Shown piece by piece: positions 26,911-36,170 of a stretch of 44,385 nucleotides of DNA. Below the pieces are notes generated by a model, which did not search any database, was not told the origin of the DNA, and saw only the letters and a program-made list of their open reading frames with translations. The stretch covers positions 1-44,385 of the forward strand of contig JBDKUT010000108.1 of the NCBI GenBank assembly GCA_039679545.1, given 5' to 3'. The translations under genes and the position numbers were made by a program. Each line of letters opens with the position of its first letter. The first letter of the stretch is position 1. This DNA comes from Thermotogota bacterium (lineage in GTDB: Bacteria > Bipolaricaulota > Bipolaricaulia > UBA7950 > UBA9294).

Positions 26911-28845
26911 ATGATTCGGATTACGTTGCCTGACGGATCTGCCCGTGAAGTGCAGGAGGGGACGACCATTCTCGAGGTCGCCGAGGAGCTCGGCCCCCGG
27001 TTGGCCCGGTCGACCGCCTGCGCGCGGCTGGATGGGGAACTCCGCGACGTGCGCGAGCGGCTGACGAACGACGGCACGCTGACGCTCCTCACGACAGGAT
27101 CCCCCGAAGCGCTGGAGACGCTCCGCCACACGGCAACCCACGTCATGGCCCAGGCCGTGAAGCGCCTCCTCCCCAACGTGAAGCTCGGCATCGGTCCGGC
27201 GATCGAGGACGGGTTCTACTACGACTTCGACCTCCCGCGGTCCCTCACCGAGGATGACCTTGCGAAGATCTCAGACGAGATGAAGAAGATCATCGCCACC
27301 GACCTCCCCATTACGCGGCGGGAGGTCTCGAAGAAAGAGGCTCGCGCTCTCCTCGAGAAGCGCGGCGAGACCTACAAGCTCGAGCTCGTCGAGGATCTCG
27401 AAGGCGACCTCGTGACCCTGTTCGAACAGGGCGAGTTTGTCGACCTGTGCCGCGGGCCGCACCTGCGCTCGACCGGCGGCGTCAAGGCGGATGCCTTCAA
27501 ACTGCTGTCCGTGGCCGGCGCCTACTGGCGAGGCGACGAGAAGAGGCCGATGCTGCAGCGCATCTACGGCACCGCGTTCGAGAAGGCGAAGGACCTGGCC
27601 GATCGCCTGTGGCAACTCGAGGAGGCGGCGAAGCGCGACCACCGGAAGCTCGGAAAGGAGCTTGACCTCTTCAGCATCCACGAGGAGGGCGGAGCCGGCC
27701 TCGTCTGTTGGCACCCGAAGGGGGCCCGGTTGCGTCGGACGATCGAGGAGTTCTGGTACGCCGAGCATGATCGCGCCGGCTACGAGATCGTTACGACGCC
27801 GCACATCGGAAAGGCCGATCTCTGGTCGATCAGCGGGCACCTCGGCTTCTACCGCGAGAACATGTACTCGCCGATGGACATCGACGGCGTCGACTACTAC
27901 ATCAAGCCGATGAACTGCCCGTACCAGATCCTGATCTACAAGACCCGCGTGCACTCGTATCGTGAGCTTCCGATGCGGATGGCCGAACTCGGCACCGTCT
28001 ACCGCTACGAGCGGTCGGGCGTGCTCCACGGCTTGCTGCGGGTACGCGGATTCACGATCGACGACGGGCACATCGTCTGCCGGCCGGACCAGATCGACGA
28101 GGAGATCCGGCGGGTATATGAGTTCAGCATGAATATGCTGTCCGCGTTCGGCTTCGACACGTTCGACATCTACCTCGCTACGCGGCCGCGCGAAGGGAAG
28201 GCGGTCGGCGAGCCCGCGCAGTGGGAGCAGGCCACCGCGGCGCTCAAGAGCGCCCTCGATGCGCGCGGCCTCCCCTACGCGGTTGACGAAGGCGGTGGCG
28301 CGTTCTACGGCCCGAAGATCGACATCAAGGTCCGCGACTCGCTCGGCCGGCCGTGGCAGTGCTCGACGATCCAGTTCGACTTCAATCTCCCCGAGCGATT
28401 CGACATGACGTACATCGCCGAGGACGGCAGGCAGTCGAGGCCGTATATGGTACACCGAGCGCTCTTGGGAAGCCTCGAGCGGTTCATCGGTTGCCTGATC
28501 GAGACCTACGGCGGTGCGTTCCCGGTCTGGCTGGCGCCGGTTCAGGCGGCCGTCATTCCGATCGCCGATCGCCACGTGGCGTACGCGCACGAGGTTGCGA
28601 CGAAGATGAAGGCCGCGGGGATTCGAGCGACCGTCGACGAGACCTCTGAGCGCATGAACGCCAAGATCCGGAACGCCCAGCTGCAGAAGGTTCCCTACAT
28701 GCTCGTCATCGGGGATCGCGAGCAGGAGGCCGAAGCCGCGTCCTTGCGCCTTCGAACGGAGGAAGACCTCGGCGCGAAGCCGATCGGCGAGATCGTCGAC
28801 CTCGTCCGCCGAATGGTTGAGACCAAGTCGCTCGAGCTGGTGTGA
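26911..28845 (+). CDS. thrS: Threonine--tRNA ligase
   Basis: TGS domain, HTATH, DLCRGPH, RDHRKLG, KPMNCP, GAFYGPKID; SD AAGGAGG. Confidence 0.98.
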   Translation: MIRITLPDGSAREVQEGTTILEVAEELGPRLARSTACARLDGELRDVRERLTNDGTLTLLTTGSPEALETLRHTATHVMAQAVKRLLPNVKLGIGPAIEDGFYYDFDLPRSLTEDDLAKISDEMKKIIATDLPITRREVSKKEARALLEKRGETYKLELVEDLEGDLVTLFEQGEFVDLCRGPHLRSTGGVKADAFKLLSVAGAYWRGDEKRPMLQRIYGTAFEKAKDLADRLWQLEEAAKRDHRKLGKELDLFSIHEEGGAGLVCWHPKGARLRRTIEEFWYAEHDRAGYEIVTTPHIGKADLWSISGHLGFYRENMYSPMDIDGVDYYIKPMNCPYQILIYKTRVHSYRELPMRMAELGTVYRYERSGVLHGLLRVRGFTIDDGHIVCRPDQIDEEIRRVYEFSMNMLSAFGFDTFDIYLATRPREGKAVGEPAQWEQATAALKSALDARGLPYAVDEGGGAFYGPKIDIKVRDSLGRPWQCSTIQFDFNLPERFDMTYIAEDGRQSRPYMVHRALLGSLERFIGCLIETYGGAFPVWLAPVQAAVIPIADRHVAYAHEVATKMKAAGIRATVDETSERMNAKIRNAQLQKVPYMLVIGDREQEAEAASLRLRTEEDLGAKPIGEIVDLVRRMVETKSLELV

Positions 28846-28861
28846 GCGAGGTCCTCGATCG

Positions 28862-30043
28862 CTAGCGAGCGGCGGCCTGGAGGGCGGCCGTCCGGTCTGT
28901 CTTCTCCCACGGGAGGTCGAGGTCGACTCGCCCGAAGTGGCCGTAGCTCGACAAGGGTTCGTAGATCGGCCGGAGCAAACGGAATCCGTCGATGATCGCC
29001 CGTGGGCGGAAGTCGAACGTATCGAGGACGGCCTTTCGGATCCGCTCATCGGGAACCCTTCCCGTTCCGTGCGTGTCAAGGTTCACGGCGAGCGGTGCAG
29101 CGCGGCCAATCGCGTAGGCGATTTGGATCTCTACTTCGCGGGCCAGTCCTGCGGCGACCACGTTCTTCGCGGCGTAGCGTACCATGTACGAGGCCGATCG
29201 GTCGACCTTGGTCGGATCCTTCCCCGAGAACGCGCCGCCGCCGTGCGGGCAGAACCCTCCGTAGGTGTCGACGATGATCTTCCGGCCGGTAACCCCGGTG
29301 TCCGACGCCGGTCCGCCGATCACGAAACGACCGGAGGAGTTGATCAGGATGTGGGTCTTCTTGTCGAGCCACTTCCCGACGACCGGGTGCACAATCTCCT
29401 CGGTGATTCCCTCCACGAGGTCCTCGTTGGAGATGTCGGGGTCGTGCTGCGCCGCGATCAGGATGGTGTTGGCGCGCACCGGCTTTTCGCCGTCGTACTC
29501 AATGGTGACCTGCGACTTCCCGTCCGGGCGGAGGAACGGCAGGATTCCTTCCTTGCGCGCGGCGGTCAAGCGGCGGGTGAGCCCGTGGGCGAGATGGATG
29601 GGGAGCGGCATCAAGGTCTCGGTGTCCGAGCGGGCGTAGCCGAACATGATCCCCTGATCCCCCGCCCCTACGGCGTCGAACGGGTCCTTGGAGCCGCCGT
29701 CTCGACTTTCCAAGGCGTGGCCGACGGCGCCGGCGATGTCCGGTGACTGGCCTTTGATGGCGGAGAGGACGGCGCAGTCCTGGAAGTGGAACCCGAGCCC
29801 CGGCCGGTCGTAACCGATGTCGGACAAGACGCCGCGGACGAGCGACGGGACGTCGATGTACGTCGTGGTGGTGATCTCCCCGCCGACGACGACGAGCCCC
29901 GTCGTCAAGAAGGTCTCGCACGCGACATGGGCATCCGGATCATCGCGGAGGATAGCGTCGAGGACGGCGTCGGAAACGCGGTCCGCAACCTTGTCGGGAT
30001 GGCCCTCGGTGACCGACTCTGAGGTAAGATAGACTCTGCCCAC
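28862..30043 (-). CDS. metK: S-adenosylmethionine synthetase
   Basis: SESVTEGHPDK, GAGDQG, GRKIIVDTYGG, HGGGAFSGKDPTKVDRS; GTG start at 30043 with GGAGG SD. Confidence 0.98.
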   Translation of the reverse strand: MGRVYLTSESVTEGHPDKVADRVSDAVLDAILRDDPDAHVACETFLTTGLVVVGGEITTTTYIDVPSLVRGVLSDIGYDRPGLGFHFQDCAVLSAIKGQSPDIAGAVGHALESRDGGSKDPFDAVGAGDQGIMFGYARSDTETLMPLPIHLAHGLTRRLTAARKEGILPFLRPDGKSQVTIEYDGEKPVRANTILIAAQHDPDISNEDLVEGITEEIVHPVVGKWLDKKTHILINSSGRFVIGGPASDTGVTGRKIIVDTYGGFCPHGGGAFSGKDPTKVDRSASYMVRYAAKNVVAAGLAREVEIQIAYAIGRAAPLAVNLDTHGTGRVPDERIRKAVLDTFDFRPRAIIDGFRLLRPIYEPLSSYGHFGRVDLDLPWEKTDRTAALQAAAR

Positions 30044-30135
30044 AGCGCCTCCCCTCTTGCTTGCGGGTAAGCGTAGTCTCCGCCTGGACGCCCCGCAACT
30101 TCCATGGACCGAAGAGACGTCCGAGAAGGAGGACG

Positions 30136-31386
30136 ATGCCACGATTCGATCTTGCCTACGGGCGGACGGCAATTCCCGTCGACGTCCCCGATCGAAACCT
30201 GATCGGAGTTCTCGAGCCGCGATCGGCGCCGAAGATCGATCTGTGCGACGCGTTCGACGCTGCATGGCGGAGCCCTCGCGGCCTTTCGGACCCACTGACC
30301 CGGCTCACACCCGGTGCAAGCATCGTCCTCGTCGTCACGGACCACACCCGCCCGACGCCGACGAAGGAGATCCTCCCGCTCTTGTGGGAGCGGATCCGCA
30401 CTCGGGTCTCCGCCTCGAACGTGACGATCGTCGTCGCGACGGGAACGCACCGAGCGCCGACCGACGCCGAGCTCGAGCGGATGTTCGGCGAGTGGCGGAG
30501 AACGTTCCGCGTCCGCGTTCACGACTGCGACGCTGCCCTCGTCGAGGTGGGACGAAGCTCCCGCGGGACGCCCATTCTGATCAACCAGGTGGTCGTGGAG
30601 GCGGACGCCGTCGTCACGATCGGCCACGTCGGGATGCACTACTACGCCGGCTACACCGGCGGGCGAAAGAACATCCTTCCCGGCGTCGCCGGACGCGCCA
30701 CGATCGAGGCGAACCACGCCCAGCTCCTCGATCCGAGGAGCGCAGCCTGTGTCTACGACGGGAATCCGATCAGCGAAGAGATGGTTGAGGCGGCGCGGAG
30801 GGTGAACGTCGCCTTCATTGTCGACGTCGTGATGGACGCGGACCGCGACGTGGCCAAGGTGGTTGTCGGGGAGCCGGAAGAGGCGCACGCGGAGGCGCGT
30901 GCCTTCTGGGACTGTCACTTCAAGATCCACCTCGAGCGGCCGGCGGACCTCGTCGTCGCGTCCGCCGGGGGGCATCCGAAGGACACCGATCTTTACCAAG
31001 CGTACAAGGCGCAGTACACGGCGGTGCGAGCCCTACGCGATGGTGGAATGCTCCTCCTCTTGGCGGCATGCCCGGACGGGGTCGGCTCCCCCGTCTTTGA
31101 GGACTGGATCAAGCGAAGCGAGAAGCCGTCTGACGTTTTCGAGATCCTTCGCAAGGAGGGGTTCAAGCTTGGAGGGCACAAGGCCGTCCACCTTGCCGCC
31201 GACCTCACGCGCATCGACGTCTACCTCAAGTCGGAGCTTGACGACGACGAGGCTCGACGGTTCTTCCTCCGCCCGGTTCGCAGCCCCGATGAGGTGTTCG
31301 CCGAGGCAGAGCGACGGTTCGGGGACGACTTCCACGTCCTTGTGCTCCCCCACGCCGCCGACACGTTCCCGGTCCTCGCACCATGA
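30136..31386 (+). CDS. larA: Nickel-pincer-dependent lactate racemase family protein (LarA homolog)
   Basis: DHTRP, ATGTH, HYYAGYTGGRK, NH, GGHPKD.DLYQAYKA; SD AAGGAGG before ATG 30136. Confidence 0.88.
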   Translation: MPRFDLAYGRTAIPVDVPDRNLIGVLEPRSAPKIDLCDAFDAAWRSPRGLSDPLTRLTPGASIVLVVTDHTRPTPTKEILPLLWERIRTRVSASNVTIVVATGTHRAPTDAELERMFGEWRRTFRVRVHDCDAALVEVGRSSRGTPILINQVVVEADAVVTIGHVGMHYYAGYTGGRKNILPGVAGRATIEANHAQLLDPRSAACVYDGNPISEEMVEAARRVNVAFIVDVVMDADRDVAKVVVGEPEEAHAEARAFWDCHFKIHLERPADLVVASAGGHPKDTDLYQAYKAQYTAVRALRDGGMLLLLAACPDGVGSPVFEDWIKRSEKPSDVFEILRKEGFKLGGHKAVHLAADLTRIDVYLKSELDDDEARRFFLRPVRSPDEVFAEAERRFGDDFHVLVLPHAADTFPVLAP

Positions 31387-32075
31387 GACAACCTGCACGC
31401 GTTATCCATCGCTTCTCGACCGCCTCCTCCACCCAGGATGAGGCACGGCGCCTGCTTGAAGCCGGGGAGGCGTCGCTCGGCCACGTCGTCGTCGCCGATG
31501 AGCAGACGGCGGGTCGCGGCCGCTTCGGTCGGCTGTGGGCATCGCCCTCCGGGGGGCTCTACGCGACGTTCCTCATCTCTTCGGCGCCGGGGATCGCTCT
31601 GTTCGCGGGTGTCGCCGCCGCACGGGCCCTCGAGCGGCTCGGCGTCGCCGTGGGCCTCAAGTGGCCGAACGACATCTTTGTCGACGGCAAGAAGCTTGCC
31701 GGGATCCTGATCGAGGCCGACCGCGACCTCGCCCTTGTCGGCGTCGGGATCAACATCGACGAACCCTTCGTGGAAGGAGCGACGAGCCTTTGGCGAATCG
31801 GTGTGAATGTGCGACGGGGCGAGCTCCTCCTCGCGCTCCTGGACGAAATCAACACGCCGGCCGATCCAGGCGACGTCCTCGCCGCGTACCGGGCGCGCTC
31901 CGTCACCGTCGGTCGGCGGGTGAAGGTTCTCGGGCGCGCTGGAGAGCTTGTCGAAGGGCGCGCCGTGGACATCGATGTCGAAGGCCAGCTCGTGGTTGAG
32001 ACGAGCGCCGGCACCCTCCACGTTTCATCCGGCGACTGCGTGCACCTCGAGCCCACGGCCGACGCCGCCCAGTAG
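31383..32075 (+). CDS. birA: Biotin--protein ligase (no N-terminal HTH)
   Basis: STQ, EQTAGRGRFGRLW, KWPND, KKLAGIL, GVGIN. Confidence 0.95.
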   Translation: MRQPARVIHRFSTASSTQDEARRLLEAGEASLGHVVVADEQTAGRGRFGRLWASPSGGLYATFLISSAPGIALFAGVAAARALERLGVAVGLKWPNDIFVDGKKLAGILIEADRDLALVGVGINIDEPFVEGATSLWRIGVNVRRGELLLALLDEINTPADPGDVLAAYRARSVTVGRRVKVLGRAGELVEGRAVDIDVEGQLVVETSAGTLHVSSGDCVHLEPTADAAQ

Positions 32076-32149
32076 ACCTTCTTGCCGTGCACCGCTACCG
32101 TGAGAGTCGGACGGAGCGGCGTGCGCGAGGTGCTGCAAAGGAGGCGGAC

Positions 32150-32629
32150 GTGGGACTGATCGAAGAGGCTGTGGCGCTCGAGAGGAAGGCGGAGGCGGGC
32201 TACCGTGCAGCGGCTGCGGCGACCCCCGATGTTGGCGCGCGGACGGTTCTGCTTCTCCTGGCTGACGCCGAGGCGGAGCACGTCGTGGCGCTTCTCGGAA
32301 GGAAAGGTGTCGCGGACCTGCACGGCCGGAACCTCGTCGAGGCTGCGCAGACTTGGGTTCGCGGTGCGGTGGAGGGCGGTGGACCGCTTTCCACGGACGC
32401 AGGACTGCTTCCCGCGCTGCGCCGAGCGATGGACAGCGAGCGGGCGACGGAGGCGTTCTACCGCACTCAAGGAGCGACCGCCGATGATCCGCGAGTCCGC
32501 GCCCTGTTTGCCGTCCTGGCCGATGCCGAAGCGGACCACTACCACTTTGTGAGTTCGCTCGTCGAGTACTACAACCGACCGAACGAGTGGGTCGAGTCCG
32601 CCGAGTTCGGGCTGCGGCCGGAGTACTAG
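32150..32629 (+). CDS. Ferritin-like/rubrerythrin-family diiron protein
   Basis: Duplicated E...Y...ExxH pattern (LADAEAEH, LADAEADH); GTG start with AAGGAGG SD. Confidence 0.8.
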   Translation: MGLIEEAVALERKAEAGYRAAAAATPDVGARTVLLLLADAEAEHVVALLGRKGVADLHGRNLVEAAQTWVRGAVEGGGPLSTDAGLLPALRRAMDSERATEAFYRTQGATADDPRVRALFAVLADAEADHYHFVSSLVEYYNRPNEWVESAEFGLRPEY

Positions 32630-33039
32630 CCTTCCCAGTCGAGGAGCCGCATCTCGCCCTTCAGGGCGCGCAGCTTGGTCGCATCCTGTGTCACCTCGAG
32701 GCACCCTTGGTACTCGCCCGCGGCGGAGTGCACAGCGATGTACTGGATGACGATGTGCCGGCCGTCGAGTTCAAGCCAAAACTGGGCGTGATTCCTGCGC
32801 CCGGTCTTGAACGCCTCAAGGATCTTCCGCACGGTCGAGACGCTCTTCTCTGGATGGCATTTCTCAACGTGCCGACCGATGACCGCTGGAGTGCGCTTGA
32901 AGATGCGGGACGGGCTTTCGGAGTAGTAGCGGAGAACTCCATCGGCGTCGACGAACGACACGTCGACGGGAAGATGGGTCAGCAGGGCATCAAGCTGTTC
33001 GAGGGAGAGGCTCCCTGTGGAAAGGGTCAGGTCCTTCAT
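32626..33039 (-). CDS. Stand-alone PAS-domain protein (DUF438-associated PAS type)
   Basis: LPVDVSFVDADG, RIFKRTPAVIGRHVEKCHPEKS, FWLE, GEYQGCLEVTQD. Confidence 0.85.
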   Translation of the reverse strand: MKDLTLSTGSLSLEQLDALLTHLPVDVSFVDADGVLRYYSESPSRIFKRTPAVIGRHVEKCHPEKSVSTVRKILEAFKTGRRNHAQFWLELDGRHIVIQYIAVHSAAGEYQGCLEVTQDATKLRALKGEMRLLDWEG

Positions 33040-33052
33040 GGTTTCTCCTTCT

Positions 33053-33286
33053 CTAGACGTAGGCCGAAAGCCCGAGCAGGAGGTGGAACGTCGCGAGCAG
33101 GGCTGTCGCCACCGCAAAGCCACGATGGATCGCCACAGGGACGCGGCGGAGCGTCTTGATCTGGCGCTTCAGTCCTGCAAGGGCCGCGGTCAGAAGCAAC
33201 AGAAGGTACGTGGCGAGCCCGATCCACACCACGACGGGGAACGGCCCCCAAATTGTACCGAACCCGACGGTGCGCAGGAAGTTCAT
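33053..33286 (-). CDS. Small 2-TM membrane protein with H-x13-H helix
   Basis: 77 aa, SD AAGGAGG; IHRGFAVATALLATFH. Confidence 0.7.
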   Translation of the reverse strand: MNFLRTVGFGTIWGPFPVVVWIGLATYLLLLLTAALAGLKRQIKTLRRVPVAIHRGFAVATALLATFHLLLGLSAYV

Positions 33287-33339
33287 CGATCGTCCTCCTT
33301 GGAAACCACATTGTGGGCCGCCTCGGGCGGCCTGGCTGT

Positions 33340-33924
33340 CTACGTCGCGCTCGGCGGCGCGGGATTCTGGAACTCGAATCGGTTCCACGACGCCACCGTC
33401 TCGAGCGGCCGGCGTTCCCGCGGCCCCAGCTCGATCGCGCGGTGCTTGTCGGACAACGTGGCCGGATCTCCCGGCCTCCCTACGATGACCAGCGTGATCA
33501 GCGTGTACTCGGCCGGGATCCCGAGCGCGACCTTCACCTCTTCCGGCTTGTAACCGCCGATCGGATGGGCGATGAGGCCCATCGCCGTCGCTTGGATCGT
33601 GAGGTTGCCCACCGCCATGCCGCAGCCGAAGAGGAAGTAGTCGCGGCCGTCGGAGAGCGTACAGTCAAGGTCGCGGCGGGACGCGACGGCGAGGATCACC
33701 GGCGCTGGTTTCGCCCAGTAGTTGCCGCCGGGCAGCGCAGCCTTCACGGCTTCCAGGGTGACGGGATCGTCAACGACGACGAACCGCCACGGTTGGCTGT
33801 TGTTGCACGACGGGGCGAGGTGGGCGGCGCGAAGCAGGGTCTCAACGTCCTCACGCGACACGGGCGCCGTCGACAACGCCCGCCTTGCCCGTCGCGTCTC
33901 AATGGCTGGAACGAGGTTCACCAT
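33340..33924 (-). CDS. Nitroreductase family protein
   Basis: RRARR, APSCNNSQPWRF, ATAMGLIAHPIGG. Confidence 0.92.
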   Translation of the reverse strand: MVNLVPAIETRRARRALSTAPVSREDVETLLRAAHLAPSCNNSQPWRFVVVDDPVTLEAVKAALPGGNYWAKPAPVILAVASRRDLDCTLSDGRDYFLFGCGMAVGNLTIQATAMGLIAHPIGGYKPEEVKVALGIPAEYTLITLVIVGRPGDPATLSDKHRAIELGPRERRPLETVASWNRFEFQNPAPPSAT

Positions 33925-33934
33925 CACTCCTTCG

Positions 33935-34276
33935 CTACAGCTTGAGGGATCCTTCCCACAGGCCGTGAATGTTGCAGTACTCGACGGCGACGAGCTCCGA
34001 GAGCCCCTCCAGGTTTGCGTGCGTGACCACCGTTGGCTTGCCGTAGGTCGGGCCGAGGTCGAACGTCGCAATGTGCACGGCGACGCCGTTCTTCACGCCG
34101 AACAGGGCGATCCACTTGATGTGGTGTTCGACCGTGTTCGGATGAGCGACCTCCTTCCCCACGGTGACCTTGACCGCGTTTTCCCCACATTCCTTGCAGC
34201 TCACGAGTTCGACGATCGGAACGTGCTTCTCCTTCCCTTCCTGCGCTCCGCCCTTGACCAGATCTCCGAGCTTCAT
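33935..34276 (-). CDS. Superoxide reductase (1Fe-SOR/neelaredoxin)
   Basis: EKHVP, HPNTVEHHI, YCNIHGLW. Confidence 0.93.
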   Translation of the reverse strand: MKLGDLVKGGAQEGKEKHVPIVELVSCKECGENAVKVTVGKEVAHPNTVEHHIKWIALFGVKNGVAVHIATFDLGPTYGKPTVVTHANLEGLSELVAVEYCNIHGLWEGSLKL

Positions 34277-34302
34277 CGTCTTCCTCCTTTTCTGAACGTC
34301 CT

Positions 34303-34806
34303 CTAGAACACCTTGAACGTATCGCGCTTAGCGCCGCACACCGGGCACATGTCGGGAGCCGGGCCCTCGACCGTGTACCCGCAGATTGGGCAGATGGACA
34401 CCGGGCCGAGCGTCAGATCCTTACCACTTTCCACAACGGCTTTGGCGTCGGTGTACATCCTCTCGTGGACCTTCTCCGCTTCGAGCGCGTAGTGTGTCGA
34501 ACGGACGGCGCCCTTCTCTCCTTGGAACCCGGCGGCGAGGTGGTAGACCGGATACATCTCCGTGACCTCGAAGTGTTCGCCGTCGATGCACGACTGCACG
34601 TTGGCGGCGGCGTCTCCGATGTGGTCGAGCTCGCGGAAGTGGTTCGTGGCGTGAACCTGCTCGGCGTAGGCGATCGCGCGGAACAGACGGGAGAGCTGCG
34701 GAAGGCCCTTCTTCTCCGCTTCTTGGGAGAAGATGAGGTACTTCATGTGGGCCTGGCTCTCGCCGGCGAACGCCGCCTGCAGGAACTCCTTCGTCATCGC
34801 ATGCAT
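34303..34806 (-). CDS. Rubrerythrin family protein
   Basis: AFAGESQAHMKY, AEQVHA, EKVH, C-terminal CPICG...CPVCG; start ATG 34806 with GGAGG SD. Confidence 0.92.
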   Translation of the reverse strand: MHAMTKEFLQAAFAGESQAHMKYLIFSQEAEKKGLPQLSRLFRAIAYAEQVHATNHFRELDHIGDAAANVQSCIDGEHFEVTEMYPVYHLAAGFQGEKGAVRSTHYALEAEKVHERMYTDAKAVVESGKDLTLGPVSICPICGYTVEGPAPDMCPVCGAKRDTFKVF

Positions 34807-34817
34807 GCTTCCTCCCA

Positions 34818-35279
34818 TCACAGTTCGCGTAACACCTTCATCTGCTCGTCGAGGTCGGGAAGCTCCTTGAGCGGATAGACCTTCACGAATCGAACGATCC
34901 CTTTCTCATCGAGGATGACGGCGGCGCGCTCGGAGAAGCCTTGCTTCTCGCGGAAGAGGCCGAGCGCCGCGGCCGCTCGGCCGTGGGGCCAGAAGTCCGA
35001 CAGAAGACGGGTCTTCTCAATCCCGATCGCCTCGGCCCACGCCTTCTTGCACGGCACGGGGTCGACGCTGACGCCGAGCGGCACGGTGCCCAAGCGCGTG
35101 AAGTCGGTCACCCTCGCCTCGAGCGCCTGCATCTGAAGGCGACAGACCTCCGTCCAGGCGAGCGGGTGGAACGAGAGAAGGACGCGCTTCCCTTGGAGCG
35201 TAGTCAGGTTCACAAGATCTCCGTCCTGATCCTTCAGCGCCAACCGCGGCGCCGCGGTCCCGACGCGGACGATCTCCAT
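34818..35279 (-). CDS. Peroxiredoxin (AhpC/TSA, AhpE-like)
   Basis: FHPLAWTEVC (PxxxTxxC), LLSDFWPHG, SERA. Confidence 0.9.
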   Translation of the reverse strand: MEIVRVGTAAPRLALKDQDGDLVNLTTLQGKRVLLSFHPLAWTEVCRLQMQALEARVTDFTRLGTVPLGVSVDPVPCKKAWAEAIGIEKTRLLSDFWPHGRAAAALGLFREKQGFSERAAVILDEKGIVRFVKVYPLKELPDLDEQMKVLREL

Positions 35280-35297
35280 GCGACCTCCTTTCTCTTT

Positions 35298-36170
35298 CTA
35301 GTCCTTGTTCACGACAAACGCCGCGAGGCGAGCTTCGATCTCCGCGCGCTCGACGCGCGGCAGTCTCGCGAGCGGCCCGTCGCCGACGCGAGTCCGGTAC
35401 GACTCGGCGAACACAGGTCTCTCCGCGGTTTCGTAGAGGACCCCCACGGGGAACCGATCCGGGCTGTCGAGGGCGAGGCCCAAAGCGGCGCTGCGGTCCG
35501 TCGCGTTGTGATCGGCGGGCACCGGGACGACGCGCTCGCGGTACCAGGCAAGCGGGTGCTTCCCCCACGTGATGCACGGCTGGATGACGTCGACGAACGA
35601 CAGACCGCGGTGGGCGATCGCGCGCGCGAGGAGGGTCGACAGACCTTCGAGGTCTCCCGCGAACCCCCGCGCCACGAACGAGCAGCCGTGGACGACGGCG
35701 GTGGCGAGCATCTGAGCCGGATCGATCTCCACTCCGTCGAATTGCAGGCGCGTCGGCTCCCCCCGCGGCGTTGTCGGCGACGCTTGCCCCTTGGTCAGGG
35801 CGTAGATGCGGTTGTCGTGCACGATCACCGTGATGTCGGGGTTGCGGCGGAACGCGTGCAGGAGGTGGTTGCCGCCCTCACCATACAGGTCTCCGTCTCC
35901 CGATGTGACGATCGTCGTGAGCGTCGGATTCGCGACGTGGATTCCGATTGCGGCCGGGATCGCCCGACCGTGAAGGCCGTTCCACGCGTGGCAGCGCAGG
36001 TAGTGGGGCAGCTTCGCCGCTTGCCCGATCCCCGACACGAGACACACCTCGTGCGGCGCGCGCCCCAAGGCGACAAGCGCACGCTCGAGAGCCGTCAGAA
36101 TCCCGTAGTTCGGGCAGCCGGGGCACCACTGGTTCTCGATCGGGCTGCGGTAGTCCTGGGTCGTCGTCAC
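35298..36170 (-). CDS. 2-oxoacid:ferredoxin oxidoreductase beta subunit
   Basis: WCPGC, SGIG, LHGRA, GDGD TPP motif, TKGQASPT, QPCITW; GTG start overlapping the alpha stop. Confidence 0.93.
   Translation of the reverse strand: MTTTQDYRSPIENQWCPGCPNYGILTALERALVALGRAPHEVCLVSGIGQAAKLPHYLRCHAWNGLHGRAIPAAIGIHVANPTLTTIVTSGDGDLYGEGGNHLLHAFRRNPDITVIVHDNRIYALTKGQASPTTPRGEPTRLQFDGVEIDPAQMLATAVVHGCSFVARGFAGDLEGLSTLLARAIAHRGLSFVDVIQPCITWGKHPLAWYRERVVPVPADHNATDRSAALGLALDSPDRFPVGVLYETAERPVFAESYRTRVGDGPLARLPRVERAEIEARLAAFVVNKD

Noticed and set aside
30044..30135. SAM riboswitch upstream of metK
   Set aside because: Short divergent intergenic region without recognisable SAM-I core motifs
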